Shown: one piece after another, positions 24,930 through 27,681 of the stretch | Layout: each line of letters begins with the position of its first letter | Position numbering within the stretch: position 1 is the first letter of the stretch | Origin: a virus | Taxonomy: Duplodnaviria > Caudoviricetes | Virus record (IMG/VR): IMGVR_UViG_3300005144_000020 | Span: 1 to 27,681 of that record | DNA: 27,681 nucleotides | Strand: one strand, 5' to 3' | Notes under the pieces: model-generated | Database searches by the model: none | The model's input: the letters and a program-made list of their open reading frames with translations, nothing else | What the model was told of the DNA's origin: nothing | Program-made: the position numbers and the translations under genes

Positions 24930-26770
24930 TGAATACGAAGAAAATTATTAAAGACCTAAGCAAGTATTCTTCGGAGGCTCATGATATTGAGCGTATGCTT
25001 ATTTACTGTTTTGTAAGGATGTCTGAGATCCCCTATAAAAAATCAATAGTTATAGACGATTGCATTTCAAGTATAGCAAAAGAACTTTGTGAATCAGCGT
25101 ATGACTACCTTTCTAACTGCGAAGAGCGTTTTTCCTTTTCAGACCTTGTTGAACTGTTTGAGCATTTAGTTCCATCCGATGTAAAAAAAGAAAAAGGAGT
25201 AGTATATACTCCGTTTGAAATCAAGGAATATATTATTCAAAAGTGTTTTGTTACTGATTTCGCGCCACTTACAATTGACCCGGCTTGCGGATGTGGGTCT
25301 TTCCTAATAACAGCAGCAGAACAAATACACAATAAGTACAACCTAACATATGTGGAAATATTAACTAATTATATATTTGGCGTTGACATTGATGAAAATG
25401 CCATTAGAAAGACGAAGTTATTGTTGACGCTCTTAGCTTGTCAAAACGGAGAATTTGAGACATGTGAGTATAATTTGTTTTGCTCTGATATGTTAAATAA
25501 AAAAACTATCACAAAGCTAAAAAAGAAATGCCCCGATGGATTTAACTGTGTTATTGGAAATCCTCCTTATGTTCGATCACGAAATATGAGCGAGAAAGCA
25601 AAACAGTTTTTGAATGATTGGGAAACAGCTTCTACTGGAAATGTTGATCTTTACATTCCATTTTTTGAGATCGGGCTTTCAATTTTAAGTCCTAATGGAA
25701 TATTGGGGTATATTACACCGAATGGTTATATACAGGGTATAAATGGTAGAGGTCTTAGAAATTATCTTATAAATCAAAAATATCCAATAAGAATTGTGGA
25801 CTTCAGAGATGCTCAGATCTTTAAGAAAGTTACAAGTTATACCTGTATCACTTTGATTGACACTCGAAAGCAAGAAAATAGCATTTATTATGTCCGTATC
25901 AACGAAGATAATACTTTAAACAATCATCACTATTCGAAATATGAGACAAATACTTTTTTAGATGGCGCATCGTGGCGAATGAGAAAAGACAACATCGATG
26001 AAATTATTTATAAGTTAGAAAATGCCGGGGAGCCACTTTCTAATTGGAAAATCCGTAATGGTCTCGCCACTTTGAAAAATGATTTATTTTTCTTTACACC
26101 AAACAAAGAAGATGAGGAATATTATTATCGTACTTATGAAGGTATGAGTTATGCGATAGAAAAATCAATTTGCATCAACGTAGCAAAGCCCAATATCATA
26201 AAGAACGAGCAGGAATTAAATGAAAAATTAGAGAAAGCGATTTTTCCGTATATCAAAGACAACGGGAATTTTATCATCATCGAAGAATCAGTTTTAGCAA
26301 AGGAATATCCGAAAACATACGAATTCCTTTGCATTCAAAAAAATGTTTTAGAACAAAGAGATAAGGGGAAAGGTAATTATCCTACTTGGTATGCGTATGG
26401 TAGAACACAGGGAATGAATAATTTTGGAAAGAAATTGCTTATTCCATATATTGCAGGAAGCCCAATAGCTGTACTCGCATTGGATGAAAATCTACTTTAT
26501 TATTGTGGTTATGCTCTTTTTTCTGAAGACGAGAAAGAACTTCGTATCCTTAAGGTGTTTTTAGAATCAGATGCGTTTTGGTATTATATTTTCCATACCA
26601 GCAAGCCCTATTCTAAGGGCTATATGGCCTTTGCGAAAAACTATATTATAAATTTTACGATACCCAATTTAAATACTGCTGAAATGACATACTTATTGTC
26701 GAACCCACTTCGTACAGAAATGAATGCTCTGATATGGAAGAAATATGGGATAACCCCGTCAAAGCCATAG
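24929..26770 (+). CDS. Companion N6-adenine DNA methyltransferase
   Basis: GVVYTP, IDPACGCGSFL, GVDID, VIGNPPY, DLYIPFFE, WYAYGRTQG; TAATG coupling to the upstream gene. Confidence 0.92.
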   Translation: MNTKKIIKDLSKYSSEAHDIERMLIYCFVRMSEIPYKKSIVIDDCISSIAKELCESAYDYLSNCEERFSFSDLVELFEHLVPSDVKKEKGVVYTPFEIKEYIIQKCFVTDFAPLTIDPACGCGSFLITAAEQIHNKYNLTYVEILTNYIFGVDIDENAIRKTKLLLTLLACQNGEFETCEYNLFCSDMLNKKTITKLKKKCPDGFNCVIGNPPYVRSRNMSEKAKQFLNDWETASTGNVDLYIPFFEIGLSILSPNGILGYITPNGYIQGINGRGLRNYLINQKYPIRIVDFRDAQIFKKVTSYTCITLIDTRKQENSIYYVRINEDNTLNNHHYSKYETNTFLDGASWRMRKDNIDEIIYKLENAGEPLSNWKIRNGLATLKNDLFFFTPNKEDEEYYYRTYEGMSYAIEKSICINVAKPNIIKNEQELNEKLEKAIFPYIKDNGNFIIIEESVLAKEYPKTYEFLCIQKNVLEQRDKGKGNYPTWYAYGRTQGMNNFGKKLLIPYIAGSPIAVLALDENLLYYCGYALFSEDEKELRILKVFLESDAFWYYIFHTSKPYSKGYMAFAKNYIINFTIPNLNTAEMTYLLSNPLRTEMNALIWKKYGITPSKP

Positions 26771-26883
26771 TTACAACATTAAGGAAAAAATTACTGGTAT
26801 GTAAATCAATGTAATACATTGTTCCCATTGGCACAGGGTTTGTCAATGATTGAGCCAGGATACTAGAAAGAAACGCATAATCA

Positions 26884-27016
26884 ATAAACAGTTTTTGTTT
26901 AACACACTTTATAACCCACTTTTGTTTATTAAGTCGCAATATTGACCATTTCCACCAAGTATGCAACATGCCGAAATTGGCGTCATATCAACAAAAAAGG
27001 GCATTGAATACCATGC
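26884..27016 (+). repeat. 133-bp direct repeat, copy 1 (duplicate att arm without core)
   Basis: Ungapped match to 27506-27638 with 15 mismatches by manual count. Confidence 0.92.
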
Positions 27017-27036
27017 CAGTTGAGGAGTGGAGTGAT

Positions 27037-27441
27037 ATGATAAATATAGGTAATTGCGGTCTGATTATAAGGGGACATAAGCTAAACTTCGATGAAATTG
27101 AAAATAATCTCAAAATAAATCCATCAAGGGCCGTCAAAAAAGGCGAAGTTATTAGTAAAGTGGTTGGAGAAAGTGAGTATGATCTTTGGGTATACGAGAT
27201 GAAAATGGACGATACCAAAAAAATTGATCAAATTTTGAGGGATCTACTATCAATAATTAGTCCAAGAAAGGCTTATATACAAAGTATAGCTAAATATGCA
27301 GATGTCCGAATTAAATGCTATGTTCAGTCAGATGATGCGCAAATTTATTTTGAACTTTCACCTAATGCAATCAATGAATTAGCAAGTCTGGGGATTAGGC
27401 TTGAAATCTCAATTTTATCGTGGGGAGGAGTAGCTCCTTAA
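27037..27441 (+). CDS. DUF4279-like protein
   Basis: LIIRG..LNFDEIENNLKINPS...KKGE...W and FELSPNAINELASLGIRLEISI; GGAGTG RBS precedes ATG 27037. Confidence 0.7.
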   Translation: MINIGNCGLIIRGHKLNFDEIENNLKINPSRAVKKGEVISKVVGESEYDLWVYEMKMDDTKKIDQILRDLLSIISPRKAYIQSIAKYADVRIKCYVQSDDAQIYFELSPNAINELASLGIRLEISILSWGGVAP

Positions 27442-27505
27442 TTTGCTGGGCAATTCACTGGGAAACATTTATCAACGCATCTAATCAAGGACGTAGAACT
27501 CTTCG

Positions 27506-27638
27506 ATAAACAGTTTTTGTTTAACACACTTTATAACACACTTTTGTTTTTTTAGTCGCAATATTGACTGTTTTCAGCGAGTGTACAACAAGCAGAAAAT
27601 GGCGTCATATCAACAAAAAACGGCATTGAGTACCATGC
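27506..27638 (+). repeat. 133-bp direct repeat, copy 2 (att arm with tandem TAACACACTTT, probable integrase arm-type sites)
   Basis: Perfect 11-bp tandem repeats at 27522 and 27534, about 110 bp from the att core. Confidence 0.88.
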
Positions 27639-27655
27639 TAAAAACAGGAAAAAAT

Positions 27656-27681
27656 GGGTTCGATTCCCCTCGCCTCCACCA
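27656..27681 (+). other. ssrA: attR core: displaced 3' fragment of tmRNA (tRNA-Ala not excluded)
   Basis: GGGTTCGATTCCCCT-CGCCTCC-A-CCA gives T-loop, acceptor 3' strand with the U of the alanine G3:U70 pair, and CCA. Upstream sequence is not tRNA/tmRNA-like. Confidence 0.8.

Larger units (their letters stand above)
1..27681 (+). mobile_element. Temperate siphovirus prophage, right portion ending at attR
   Basis: Canonical order: replication, late activator, HNH, terminase, portal, protease, capsid, neck, tail, holin, endolysin, accessory genes, tmRNA-like att fragment. Integrase and immunity module lie outside the window. Confidence 0.97.

Noticed and set aside
21864-26770. BREX or DISARM system
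   Set aside because: No PglZ, BrxC, helicase or Drm-like partner genes in the island.
26884-27638. CRISPR array or IS ends
   Set aside because: Only two long direct copies flanking a gene; no repeat-spacer periodicity, transposase or terminal inverted repeats.
27600-27681. Complete tRNA or tmRNA gene
   Set aside because: Only the T-loop and 3' acceptor strand are present; the upstream sequence is att-arm DNA.

Overview
Right-hand ~27.7 kb of a temperate HK97-type siphoviral prophage, probably from a Clostridia-like Firmicute (inferred from gene families and RBS style). It runs from the replication/recombination module (RecT, DUF4373 initiator with internal origin, Hjc-like resolvase) through a late activator, packaging (HNH, TerS, TerL), head, neck, tail and lysis genes. 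It ends at a 26-bp tmRNA(ssrA)-like 3' fragment that marks attR. Three AT-rich accessory regions are present: (i) a DUF4393/Abi-alpha-like gene; (ii) hicAB, an Imm26-like orphan immunity gene and a probable small structured RNA; (iii) an Xre regulator, an Eco57I-like type IIG R-M gene, a second N6-methyltransferase and a DUF4279-like gene. Main oddities: two immunity-like genes each sit between diverged direct copies of core phage sequence (the HNH 5' end, and the att arm); a neck gene has a single in-frame TAG; the tail chaperone locus needs two successive -1 shifts; an Ig-like domain is shared by the connector and the major tail protein; and the capsid gene has a strong internal start. All family calls come from motif recognition by eye, not database searches.
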